The notes beneath the pieces were generated by a model. It saw only the letters and a list, made by a program, of their open reading frames with translations. It ran no database searches and had not been told where the DNA came from. Source: Pelomyxa schiedti (taxonomy: Eukaryota; Protista; Evosea). Taken from it: a DNA stretch of 63,152 nt. Position numbers and translations under genes: made by a program. Below, piece after piece: positions 34,650-47,051 of the stretch. The DNA lies in NCBI GenBank assembly GCA_020536535.1, contig JAHLWZ010000414.1, forward strand, positions 1 through 63,152, given 5' to 3'. How positions within the stretch are numbered: position 1 is the first letter of the stretch; each line of letters starts with the position of its first letter.

Positions 34650-37399
34650 ATGCCAAGCTACAGGGGGTTGGTTGTCCTGAGTCTTGCAACTTGGTTGCTG
34701 GGCTCAACGACTGCAGCTACTCTGTATGACAGCTGTGTTGAGGCGTACCAAATTGATTCTCTTCCGTTCTCTTTCTCCGGTTCCACAGTCCAGGCAGATT
34801 CTTCGACCATCAACTGCAATTACACTACGAATCCCTCAAACCAAGGTGTTTCCTCGCCACAACCAACAAAAAAGCCCGAACTTCAGTTTTTCTCAAAAGG
34901 CCCCACAATAAGGTATATACTTCAAATACACTCCCCAGAGCCACACGTATCTCGTGGCAAGCACGTGCGATCAAACTGTTCTGGACACTGTTATTTTCGC
35001 CTTCACAGGCTGCTCTGAAGATGGCGTTGCTTCGTCGTGCGTGGCCTACAATGACGACGGGTGCCTCGTTCAGAGCAAAGCGAGTTGGTCTGCGGACGCC
35101 GGAATCACCTATTATATTGTAGTGATGGGATTCAAGGGTGCAACTGGGGAGTTTACCTTCAGTCTTAATGAGACTGGTTTGTTGTTTTGAACACGCCGAT
35201 GTTGTGACTGATTTCAACTAGAGGTCAATAAAAATGACCAGTGTTCCACAGCCGAGGCGATTACCTCAATGCCTTTCACATTCACTGGTGATAACCTTGC
35301 ATCCGATATAATATATTCCAGCTGCAGAAAATGTGATGCTCTGGGTACACGCCTGCCTCGCACTCCAAGATGAAAAACCTTACAATAGAAAGGCTTCTGG
35401 TTCTCCGTTATTGGGACAGGAGACCAATTCACAGCTCGGACCTGTGAACATACATATCTTGATACTGTTATTGAACTGTATAGCGACTGTGATGGAACGT
35501 GTATCTCTTATGTAAACAAACTGGTGTTCCCCCCCTTTACTTAACACCACTAGAATGACGACAGCTGCCTATTTCAATCTGAACTTAGTTGGCGTTCTGT
35601 TCCAGGGGTTACCTATTATATTTTTGTGGGTTCATTTAATTTACAAACTGGCTTGTTTACTCTGTCAATCGATTCTGGTACAAGTTTATTACAAATTTTT
35701 TTTTTCAGATTCCTCTCTAGTTGCAATCCCAGCATGGCAGAACTGTCAAACAGCGTTACTAATTGATGTTCTTCCCTTCAGTACCACAAGCTCCACGGAT
35801 TATGTGTCTACAAGTTATAGCACATGCACTGAGTCCGACATGAACGGTAAACTATCCTCGTGTTTAGCGTTTTGGCTGAAAATTGATAAAGCCCTGTGGT
35901 ATACAATAGTGGGCACTGGTGACCAACTTGCTGCCTGGACATGTATTCTTGAAAATCAGGTATTTTTTTTTTTTGGTTCGCAATGCCCTTACCTTCTACT
36001 CTAGGCTTATGATACTATCCTTGAAGTGTACAGCAGCTGTGATGAAACGGCAATTGCACAAGGCTGTATAGTACGAAATGACGACTTCTGTGGGCTGAAT
36101 GCGAAAGTATATCCTTCGTTTAAGCCATCAACTGTTAAGGTCTTCTTCAAGGTTGTATGGAATACTGAAGCAGGAAAGCCCTACTACATTTCAGTCTCAG
36201 GACCTGTAGTTGGTCTAAAGGGTGTTCCATTTTCTTTGTCAGTTGACTTAGGTTTGTTTTCTCATATTTATAACGGATCTTTATCAAACCATGTGCAGTT
36301 TCAAATGGAGATAATTCCCTTTGCTGGAGTGCAACTCCTGTGTCCGAGTTACCTGCCCACTTTTCGCAGTCTACTGCTGATGCCGAGCTCAGTGAAACTT
36401 TTTGTGCAATTTCTTACCCTCCACGTCCAGGTCTGCCACATAATTAGCTTTGGTCTTCTCATGTTTCTTCCCCTTGTGTAAATACAAGGTCGCTGGTTTG
36501 AATTGAACCTCCCACAACCTCCCGAAAACAAGGTTGTTGCCTCTGTGTGTAACACTGAAACTACAACTGCATTCGCGATTGAGGTTTACGGCAATTGTGG
36601 AATGATGGGATGCACCACAAAAAGGCATGAACAAAATTCGTCTATTCAGCTTCTAACTAAGGATAGTGATCCAAAAGAGTGCAATGGGAAAGGAGTTATT
36701 GAGTTGGAGGCACTCAGTGACACCTCGTATTATGTGTTTGCTACCGCTGGTGAGGATTTGGTTGGAGATTTCGCCATTGACTTGTATGAGGGTAAGGAAC
36801 GCACCTACACTTAAGTTTTATTCATTATGGTGTGAATTCTCCAGAGAACTCGGATCCACACAGCGAATGTGATAATGCTTATCCTGTTCCAGTGCCTTCA
36901 ACCACTGAAGGCTTTACGTCTCCATGTTATTATTCATACTCTCCATGCAAAGACAAAGCAATGAAGGGTACGCAACTCGCGCTTACCAATTAAATAGGCT
37001 ATGCGGCTTCTAACAAGAAGGCTATCAGGAATTTGGTTCAACATCAAAGGCACAGGAAAGATTGTAACTGCTAGTACTTGCTCGCCAAAGACAGACTTTG
37101 ATACATATATTTCCGTTGTCCAATCTTGTGCCAACATAACGAACAACTGTGTGAAGAGCGGCGATGACCACTGCGGCAATCAGGCACAAGTTTCTTGGCC
37201 CACTGAGGCTGGGGTTCCTTACTATATCCTTGTGTCAGGCTACGCTGATGAATCTGGCCGCTTTGAGTTTATTCTCTCTGAAGGTTGTTTATCCCACCAT
37301 ATCTTATCCCTTCTTCCAGCAACTCTACTACAGAACCCCAGACATGGATTCCAAAGAACTAGACACTGTAACACAATGTCTAACAAAACAATCACCTAG
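34650..37399 (+). CDS. Secreted protein with five cysteine-containing beta-rich (PPC-like) repeats (multi-exon; 3' end uncertain)
   Basis: Signal peptide MPSYRGLVVLSLATWLLGSTTA. Five repeats of C..A..I..LPF...C..G.W(F/Y)..ASTC..DT.I..C..CV..NDD.C..KVSW...G..YYI.V.G...G.F. Confidence 0.75.
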
Positions 37400-37725
37400 T
37401 TCTTTTTCATTCCCAAATTGTGAGGAACTGGTACGAGGCCTGGCTTCAAAGATTGGACAAGATCACAACAGATACAACACTGGCCTCTAACTAACATTTT
37501 TGATACCGCCTGATCAGGACACCATTGATTAACAACGACAATCGCAAACGCGTAAATAGTTGTAACAATGCGGCGACTTTGTTATTTTTTGGGCGTTCCC
37601 GCCGCACAGGGCAAAACGAAATGTTGGCTCATTTTTTTGCCCTTGGTCCTTGCTGGACGATGAAAAATCAAAAAACTCACTAAAGTGTTCCGAAACACTA
37701 CCCCAGTTCACACTTCGAGGCGAGA

Positions 37726-39384
37726 ATGAGTCAAAATCTCCTGCGGCCGGAAGAACTGCCCAGAGGCACCCCAGTGGGGACTTCTCGTAAAGGGCCCAAA
37801 GCGAAACCCCGAAGCAAAGCAACGACAAGCGAAACCAAGAAGCCATGGTGGCACCACGAGACCCCGTTCGCGTCGTTTCTGCGACGTATCGCTCGCAGAG
37901 CGAAATCGAGCCGGCAAAACGCCCAAAAACCGCCATCTTCGTTGCTCTTCATCCCCGTACCCACAGTTCGCGCCATTCATCACTTCGTAGCCGGAAAACC
38001 TGCCAGTGAATTTCAGCCCGAAGAAGCGGAAGCAGTGACAGAAGCCGAAACAGAAACAGAAGAAGGAGAACCGACATCGTCATACCAGTTCAAAGAGCCA
38101 ACAGTCAATGCGACCAATGACCTTACAGCCAAGATGCAGCTACTCGCGCTGGCCTGCGCTTCACTTGCTCGATGTGGGGTCAACAGCCCAGCCAAGGAGG
38201 TAGCCGAGCGGCCAAGTTTGATCCAGTACATGTGGTGCGACATTATTATGATGGGAATAAGGAGGAGCTACGTCTTCAATATTGCGCGCTCTGATAAAAA
38301 ACTAAAAATCGGCCCTACGGGTTCCCTTCTGTGCTTCCAGTTTACTGTTTCCGATTTTTTAGATAGTCTAATGTCACCTGTTGCACCCGAGTGTGGCGTT
38401 TACAGTGGGCATACACCAGTTTGGCTTGGGCGATTCATTCCCATGCACATGTATGGTCAAAACTGGTATTTTGCTGGCAATGGAACCCAGAGGAATTCCT
38501 ACACCAAATCCATCCGTTGGTGGAAAAATCGACTATATGCCACCAATTCTAAGTTCTTGGCAATGTGTGGAACAAAGGAGAGTGGTGGCTACGCGAGATG
38601 GCACCTTCCAATCCTAACTCTCCAGAATCTGCAAAAGATTGAGACACTGGAGGAGAAAATCTTCGACCTGTTCAGAGGGAACCTCTCTCATTGCCCGAAA
38701 CAACCTCGAGTTAGTGTTGCACTTCCTTCACATGGCCACGTGCTGTGTGTTAAGTACAGCAAGTATTTCCCAGACGAGGTGGTTGTGACTATGCTTGATG
38801 AAGACAAAGAAAAACCCACCCTCCTTATCATGGCCGTTAACATGGAGGACACATACTCAAAAAAGTCCCTTTGCTTGGTGAAAACAAGCTGTGCACTTCC
38901 AACGGGGCAGCACCGTAAGGATGGGACAGCCCTGGACATAGTTCCCATGAGGACAAAAACTGGGGACAGATTTTTCATCTTTTTGACTTGGAACAGGATC
39001 CACGAAGCAGTGGACCATACACTGTTTTCAGTCACACAAGGAGGTGATTCCGCAAACCTATTTCTGACCAAGCGATCAGCCAACTTAGGACAGGTGAACG
39101 AATCTCAGTTCTTTCTTGTATCCTGCGGCGACTCAACGGTTTGCGAACTGTGGGACTGCCGCACCGCCGGAGCGATATTCTGTATTCAGACGTACGCGTT
39201 CACTAATGTCCTACTGAACCAAGACCTACCGCACATGTCTTGGGATACATGCCACATCAAGGACGGGTTCATCTTTCTGGTGGCACAGAGGCTTGTGAGT
39301 GTATTGCATGCCGCAACTGGCTCTCTTCTCCTCACAGCCGAAATCCCAAGGTTCTTCCACTCCTCGTCCAAACATGCACACTAA
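37726..39384 (+). CDS. Intact intronless 552-aa member of the QLLALxxAxxxRCG orphan family
   Basis: Single long ORF with AKMQLLALACASLARCGVNSPA, ATNSKFLAMC, AVNMEDTYSKKSL, ELWDC and GFIFLV..VSVLHAATGSLLLT, paralleling the 17076 protein. Confidence 0.75.
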   Translation: MSQNLLRPEELPRGTPVGTSRKGPKAKPRSKATTSETKKPWWHHETPFASFLRRIARRAKSSRQNAQKPPSSLLFIPVPTVRAIHHFVAGKPASEFQPEEAEAVTEAETETEEGEPTSSYQFKEPTVNATNDLTAKMQLLALACASLARCGVNSPAKEVAERPSLIQYMWCDIIMMGIRRSYVFNIARSDKKLKIGPTGSLLCFQFTVSDFLDSLMSPVAPECGVYSGHTPVWLGRFIPMHMYGQNWYFAGNGTQRNSYTKSIRWWKNRLYATNSKFLAMCGTKESGGYARWHLPILTLQNLQKIETLEEKIFDLFRGNLSHCPKQPRVSVALPSHGHVLCVKYSKYFPDEVVVTMLDEDKEKPTLLIMAVNMEDTYSKKSLCLVKTSCALPTGQHRKDGTALDIVPMRTKTGDRFFIFLTWNRIHEAVDHTLFSVTQGGDSANLFLTKRSANLGQVNESQFFLVSCGDSTVCELWDCRTAGAIFCIQTYAFTNVLLNQDLPHMSWDTCHIKDGFIFLVAQRLVSVLHAATGSLLLTAEIPRFFHSSSKHAH

Positions 39385-39625
39385 CCGCCAGCCACAGGTC
39401 TCGGGGTATCCCTTGGCATGACTCCAACTCTGAGCCCTTTACACAGTTGGATGCCTATTGGGCCAAGAAGGACCCGGAACCCAAAACACTAGCCCCCGCC
39501 GGCCGCACGTGAACAAGCAAAACGCCCATATACAACAAACAGTTTTACCCTTTCCAACTCTGCCGAGTTGCCGTGACAACAATAAACCGATTCGTCAAAC
39601 GAGCGGCAGCACTAGAACCGGCCAA

Positions 39626-40342
39626 ATGGGTGGCAATATCGTTTTTCGGCTCGGAGCGGTGGCGGCCTTTGCCTGCGTCAGTGTCTTGTGCGGCCTCGCG
39701 GGTTCTGTTGTTGTTGTTGCTGTCGCAGGGAATGACAATGACAATGGAGGAGGGGGGCCCAGAGCCGCGACGGCGGACGTGGTGGCGGCGGCGCCGACGA
39801 TGCAGCTCGTGATGCTCAGGGACGGGGAGTCGAGGGGCACGGTGTGCAACGACGGGACGGTGGCGGGGTACTACATCAGGCTGTCTGTCTCAGTCCCCGC
39901 GTCGTCCAACTGGCTCGTCCACTTGGAGGTAAGTGCGTAATTTAGCGGCTCCTATTGCTCGACCCACTTTTTGTGTGTGATTTCTATGCTATGCGGCTTA
40001 ATTACTTTACTATTACTGTTGTTGTTGTTGCTGTTGCTATTGCTGTTAACACCACCATGTTGTGTGTGTTCTCAACAGCACAATTATGATACAGGGGGGT
40101 CATTGGTGCTGGGATGATCAGACCTGCATGGATAGAAACTCTTCAAGCCCCTATTTGATGTCCAATAAATACTGGACAGAAACACTTGACAGTACATCAA
40201 AACCTGTAAAGTGCTTGTGAAATTGTCTAACAACCCCTCACAGAAAACTCCGGAGTATTTTCTCTCGATTCAACAGAGAACCCCTCATTCTGGGATGCCA
40301 ACCAGGTCTATGTCAACTACTGCTCAAGGTATTTTCACACTT
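39626..40342 (+). CDS. Pectin acetylesterase/Notum family protein, 5' portion only (truncated at about 40342)
   Basis: Signal peptide; VCNDGTVAGYYIR, NWLVHLE|GGHWCWDDQTC, YLMS, NPSFWDANQVYVNYCS. Sequence switches to unrelated DNA inside the next intron. Confidence 0.85.
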
Positions 40343-40344
40343 AT

Positions 40345-40856
40345 ATGCGGGTCAGTGTCTACAGTGGTCTAATGGAACACTATGCAGCTTTGTGCCAGAA
40401 ATCCACGGACCTTTCGGCACAACGCACCCCTCTTCAAAACAGCCTTGCCGTGTTGTTCTCTTCCTGCAAGGAATTGGAGCAGACATACCAAGACACCTGT
40501 GCACTGCAGAAGGCCCTTGAAGGAAATTCAAGTTTCATTTCCATCCCCAGGATCCACCAGAAACTTGAAGAGATACTCCCTGTCGCTCAAAAGCAGCTGA
40601 TGCAGCTTGTTGTGTCTAAAGCAGTCCCCCTCTCACTGCTGACACGTGCACGACTGCTGCATCTCAGTTGTGCTGTGAATGTGATTTCAGACCTCGTAAC
40701 ACTCAGCTCCAACCATGTGGACATGCCGGTGGGTATTCCCATCACCAACAATATGGTACACTAATGAATGTATATATACACACACAACAGTGTTCCCAGG
40801 CATTTCGAAAGTGCCCACTGTGCCGCACACCAATACAAGCAAAACTGATCCTGTGA
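40345..40856 (+). pseudogene. 3' fragment of a coiled-coil + C-terminal RING (C3HC4) E3 ligase gene
   Basis: CCECDFRPRNTQLQPCGHA..CSQAFRKCPLCRTPIQAKLIL*, preceded by a helical segment. No 5' part, and the frames do not join cleanly. Confidence 0.55.
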
Positions 40857-41458
40857 ATCTGAGTAATTTCGGTTCACCAAGAGTGTCAATGTTGCCCATG
40901 ATTACCCCTTTGCTGTTGTTCATCAACTTTTTTGGGATACAGGCAGACTGAAGAAAACAATGAAAAGAAACTTTTTTTATGGTTCTTTCTTTTCCTGTTA
41001 CCAGTGAAATGTTGGCTCGAGTTTTTCAGCTGAGCTCAGGAGCTCCTCTGAAAGTTCTCCCCTTTCCTGCTAGTTATGCCTTCCCACACACTCTGGCCGG
41101 CGATCTTTGCACAGCGTTTCTGCGAACTTGCCAATTCAAGCTGGTCTGGAAAAACACCACCGGCGCGAGTTGCGCCACGTTACTTTTAGAGCAGAACTTC
41201 AGCCCTCTTTGACATTGTATTTCTTTTAGCACTCAGAAGCCCTACAAACTCAGATATTTGTGTTTATGTTTTTACCTACCAATGTTTCTCAGTGCTTTAG
41301 AGAAAGAAGGTGTTCTTATCAGTTCAACAACGTTGTTTTTTTTTTTTTTTTGGTGCCTGTGTGCACGAGGTGTTGTTGGTTAGCTTTTCATTGTAACAAT
41401 TGAGCTCCCTTTGTGGTTTGGACAGTCTCAAAACAAACTATGCCGTTCAGGTGGGTGT

Positions 41459-44400
41459 TTAATCGATGACAAGCAGTTCTGTTTTTTCCTTTTTTTGTTT
41501 TCGTACTCCAATATATATTATGAACAAGTCTGAGAGAACCACATTCATTAAGAAGATGTCGGTAAAAAATGCCAAGTAGAGTGTTGCCGAGGTGGCAAGC
41601 ATATCAGCAATGGTGTACCACAGAGGGCTGATGAGGATCAATATACCAAGTGGTAGAAAATAACTCAGCAAGAACAAGTAGTACCGCAGTACTGGCCTCG
41701 TATTAATAAATGTAACCAGTATTGGCAATACCCAAAAGCAAATATACAGAGGTAAGAAAATATATTCTGCCACTAGCTGATAGATAAATACAGCTGGAGC
41801 TATCGTTGTGAGGATTGAGAACACTGCAGCGACTTTGGATGTGAATGCACATGCTTTGGAATATGCCTTATCATTCTGTATGTAGAAACTGACACGTATT
41901 ATGGAAGGGGGCATAGCAAGGATAACTGGAAGTATCACACTTGAAAAATAAATTGTCATGCCTTGTCCAACACCAAATCCAGTGAGTCCAAGAATTACTG
42001 CATTGAACACAATGCCGCAGTTCGGTAAAGTGAGCTCCAGGAGTCTCACATACTGAGGTAAGACATAAAATATTGGAGCAATGACCACTAGTATTGCTGC
42101 CAGCTCAGGAAGCAACACAGAAGCAGAAGGTTGATTGTTGAAACAGGAGACCAGGAAAGCTGTGATTAGAATTCCTGACGAAAGTGCAAACACGCAAGCA
42201 TACATGTGTGCCATCTCTGTTGCCTTCTCCAGTGCGGGGTTCAGTGCTGCATATCCACCAGGTGGTACTACTATTGTCATAGAGTCCGGTTGTATAAACT
42301 GGAAGATTTGAACACTTACTGGAACCTGGAAGCAGTTTAGGTACTCCAAGCATGACAGGAAAAAGAATGCCACGGCTGTAAGTAGCAAGAATACTCTAAC
42401 ACCAGGGAATCGATTAATTCCCATGCTCGTTCCACCATTGCAGAGCCACTCAATGATTCTCTCCATAAACTTGTTTCTCACCAAGCGCGAAGTTACAAGC
42501 CAGTTCCAAATCCGAACAGATACATATCCCGCTGGAAGAGCAATACCAAAAGCTATCAACACAATTCCCGCAGCAAGCCACTGGCTAGTTTTCTCTTCCA
42601 CTCCCCATATAATAGTAAAAATTATTCCTGCACAAAGACAGGCACCCTCAAGTGTAAGTAACGCAACTTTCCAACGAAAAGAGAGTTTTGGAACTTCTAC
42701 TTCTAAATCTATCCATTCCCTTTCGCTTTTCCTTTTCTGGCGTTTCAGAAACTTAGAACCAAAAAAATAAAGATAAAAAGGTACCCATTCTCGAGGAACA
42801 CTCAAGGGTCCACTGTCTGCAGCTTGAACCGTCTTGAAAGTTCGGAAATACAGCACAAGAATCACAAGCAAACTGACAAGAAAAAACCAGAGAATGAACT
42901 CGACAACCATAATAACTGGATTCGTCATTGCAGATAGTGTGTCCCACAGGCTACTAAACAGGAAAATGAGTGGAGCCACATATAGAGACGTGTATATCCC
43001 CAATGTAACTACCAATGAGACAAGCGATGGGTGTAGACCGTCAAGTAGTAATCCAAAGAGAAGTGTGCTCCACATGGTGAGGGGAGCAAGCCAAAACCAG
43101 CTTGAAAGTGACACAGTCATTTGAAAAAGAGGTACGAGTGCCACAACAGAAATGAAAGGATAAAACAAGTGTGCCATCAACCGCAAAAGTCTAGAGCACA
43201 AGACCAAATCCTCCCTGCCTTCAAACTTCCCCAAGTGTATTGACAGCTTTTCCGCAACAACTGCCGTCATTGCAATGGAAGGGCATGACGCAAGCAAAAA
43301 CATTGCCAAGTCGACACCTAGGTAGCCTCCATATGCAAAACCAGTTATAGGAGCCAGCAGAGAGAAGATTTTCTCTTCGACATTTTGTTGTGACACATCA
43401 ATGTCAAGAAGATTTGAGGCAATCCAAAAAAAAGAAGGGATTAGGGAAATTGCCAGGAAAGTAGCAATTGCAGAACAAACTAAAACAGAGGCAACGAAAA
43501 TCATCCTCTTCTCCAAGACGACGTCTACCGGCCTTATGAGGAGGAAAGCCAAGATCACTAGCACTGCGATCATAATGGCTGTGAAGGAAGACACAAGTAC
43601 ATACTCAGGGGTATTCTGCCACCATACTAATTTGTCAATAATGGGTTGTATCCACGAAATAGTGCTGTTCGGAGTTGTCATATTAGCCACAGTGCAATTT
43701 GCCCAACAATACATCGAATCTGAATTGAGTTCCAAGATACCTTGTGCTGTGGCTGTTACCACTGGGGATTCAAAGAAAAGTGCTCCAGTGTAAATTGCAT
43801 CGAACATGTGCAAGTAGTAGTAGTTTTGCCAGAAGTTCCTGTGTCCGAGAGCCCAACTGAGACCAGTCACGAAGGCATCAGAAACACGGAAATCTGTATA
43901 CAACAGCATTCCATCCGCTTGCATAGTGACAAACGAAAGTGGCATTGCAGAAGTAGTCGCAGTGTAATTCAAAAGAGCTGATGGATAGATATCAATGGCT
44001 TCAACGGAGACAGTGCAAGTTGCATAGATTGCAATGTACTGGGATGGTGAGAACGTAGGATCAATGGGGAATTTCCAGGCTACTGTTATTCCATATTCAC
44101 TATTATAGGTGCTTGGAAACCCAATGTTATACAGATTTTCTTCGATTTGTTGTTCTATATAATCAGAAGCTTTTACAGCTGCCTCTGCAGCAATCTTAAT
44201 TTGACTTAGTAGTGTGATATGTGGAAGTAGCTTTACCTCACAAACGTCCTCGCCAACATTTTCGTCCACGTCGTCCAAAACGACAATCTCACAATCACCA
44301 AGGTTATCAACACAAAGAGTCATCACACAGTTGACAGATGTGGATGCAGTGTCCAAGTATAATATGCCATCACGTACCTCAACACATGGATCCACCTGGC

Positions 44401-46842
44401 AATTATAAACACAGGTAGTGGCGAAATCCTTATCACAGTACTGTATATCCTCCATAACATGTCTCGACGCCCATGCCTTCAAATGCCCATAAAGTGATGC
44501 ACTGAATGAGAATTGCGCATTGATACCACAGCTGGATATATCAGTGATAATGTTCTGGCTCAAAGAATGAGGGAGAAAATCAAGACTGCAAAAACGCACC
44601 TGATCTAAAACCACTTGCCCCAACACTGGGTTCGTGATATCCACATTAATATAGTCGTCGTCGTCATCAGCGTTCTCAGGGTTTTTTATATACTTATCAT
44701 CGAAGGTTGTTCCTGCCAATTCAGCAAGAGCTTCGTCAATATAGGGCAGATATGCATTGGGGGAGTCTGAAACAGCTTTCTATCAAACAATGAATAAATC
44801 AAAAATAAAGGGTAGACCACTTGTGAAATGAACATTACTGCACAATATGAACCGTGCTGGTTTGCATTTAGTGTTTTGTTTGTTCCAGATGCAGAAACTG
44901 TAGAGCTCAATTCAATCATGTGTGTTGATGTGACAAGCTGTGGATTTGGAATGTATTGAAGTAGCTGTTGGATATAGTCAGAAGAGAAATAGTTGAAAGA
45001 GATGCTACATCTGAACTGATTTGCCAACCCATGCCAGCCAGCTGGGCATCAACCTCTCCCAAAACATCTTGTATCACCTGAGTGAACAGCGAATTGATGA
45101 ATGACGCTGGGAGAGGAACGTGTGGCTGAATGATGTTGATTGTTTCTGGAGTTTCAATGCTGGTGACATTAAGATAAACTTTGCAGTTGGTGGCTGAGAC
45201 ACAGACAAGATCTACCGTTGCATTTCCTGGGAAATGGAAGTAAAACACGTGATATATAGGTTCACGAACCTTTAAGAGGATAAGCTTCAAGTTCCAATAG
45301 GTCTGAACCCGTTTCAGAATCAGGCTCGGTCATATTAAACATGGAATCTAAGGAAGTCTCTCCTGCTCCCGTAGATTGCAATGCAATATGGGAGAGCGCT
45401 GTGACAATAACAAGAGCTGTCAAACTCAAACTGCTAATATATATAAGACTGCGGATATATCTGAAGGACTTCTCAGTGGGAGCTGTGGCAGAGGTGAAAA
45501 GTGGCTGAAGTTCATCTTGTTGTTTCCTTTGCTTGTAGCTGCTATAACTGTGGTTTGAAGTGAACATGTAACTAACTTAACTAAATTAAGATACCAATAG
45601 CATGGCAGTGAAGCAAAGAAAAAAGAACAGGCAGAAATCAAAACCAAAAAACCCCAGGAGTGATAAACTGCAGGGGTTTCCGTTGGGAAAAGCAGATAGT
45701 TCGACTCATATCTTGTACAGTTACTATATTACCGTGAGTTGTATATTGGCACTTCATGTACTGATACATACCTATTCATGTCATACCCTTCTACACTAAA
45801 AAGTAAATTTGAGAACTGAGGAAAATAACTTATACACTCTACCATTTTTCGCAGGTTTCACCATCCCAGTATCCATAAAAATCGTCACGGTAACAGAATA
45901 GATAAAAATTCATATCAAATTCAGTGTAGAATTTGCCGTCCTTCTGGTCTTGATTGTAATTATGGAGGCCGTCAAACCAACTTAAAACTGCAGTGCCTAT
46001 AGAGATTTTAAAGCAACCAAAGAAGGTGCAAAGTCACCACCAAGAGACCCCTCAGTGAAAATTATATCGAATGTGAGTTCTGAGGCACACGCTGGCATTA
46101 TTAATGTATCAGCAATGAACTGGCATTCATGGTTAGTGTCATATCCATAGAGATAGTCTTCATCACTCCACAAGGCAATGTCAGATGTAATGGAAAGGAA
46201 GCTGGAAGAGGTTTAAGCATGAGGTATGTTAAATTATTGAAAACCCATCATGGCAGTCACTTGAGCCTGAGAGGCAAAAAATGTTTGAGACTGAGTCTGT
46301 TAGAAACAAACTGGTAAGATGACGGCACATACAAGTACATCCATTGAGTTCAAATTGATTTGCAGGATGTTGAGCAGTCATATCTTCCACTGCCCCACTC
46401 AGTCCCATTTTAATATCCGTTACTTGAAGAATGAGCACAGAGCTGCGATTAATCTTGGATGGAACCTAATGAAGATGAAAGGTTTTCTGTTATTATGATA
46501 CAAAAAAAAAAAAAAGATGTACAGCATATAAAACAGTGCATCCAGTTCCTTTGCTACAAGCAGCTGAGAAGTCTGTCACCTTTGTTTTGCTTTTAATATT
46601 GAATATTGGGGGGGAAGAAAGAGAACTGGCTGTATATCAAGGTCTGATGCATCAAAGGGCCCTTTGACACCTGAGAAACCCAGCACAGACGTGCCTACCA
46701 AGAACAGCAGAAAAATCTGTGCGAAAAACACAAAGTATAAATAAAAGGAGAAACTAAAACTCTTGTGTAAACACACAGTATTTAACGACAACAGTGATCC
46801 ACAAATATAATCGTGCGACGTTCCTTTGGTACTGCCCAACAT
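41459..46842 (-). CDS. Very large polytopic membrane protein with luminal beta-rich domains and two related multi-TM blocks (multi-exon)
   Basis: 1086-codon 3' ORF with roughly 15-20 hydrophobic segments. Upstream exons supply a hydrophobic N-terminus and two more TM segments. Confidence 0.7.
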
Positions 46843-47051
46843 TTCGTCCCTTTTTTTTTGCTTTTAAAAAACAACCGAAAACCTACCAGCTTGTTATGTA
46901 TTTGAGCTGCGATAACGAAAAGTACAGCTTTCCGGTCTGTTGATTATTTTATTCCGCCATTTGTACCTTCTTCAAGATTGAATAACTACCAACTCGGTGC
47001 CTGGTGGTTCCACTTCTTGAAAAAGAAGGTTTGGTACAAAACCACAAAACC

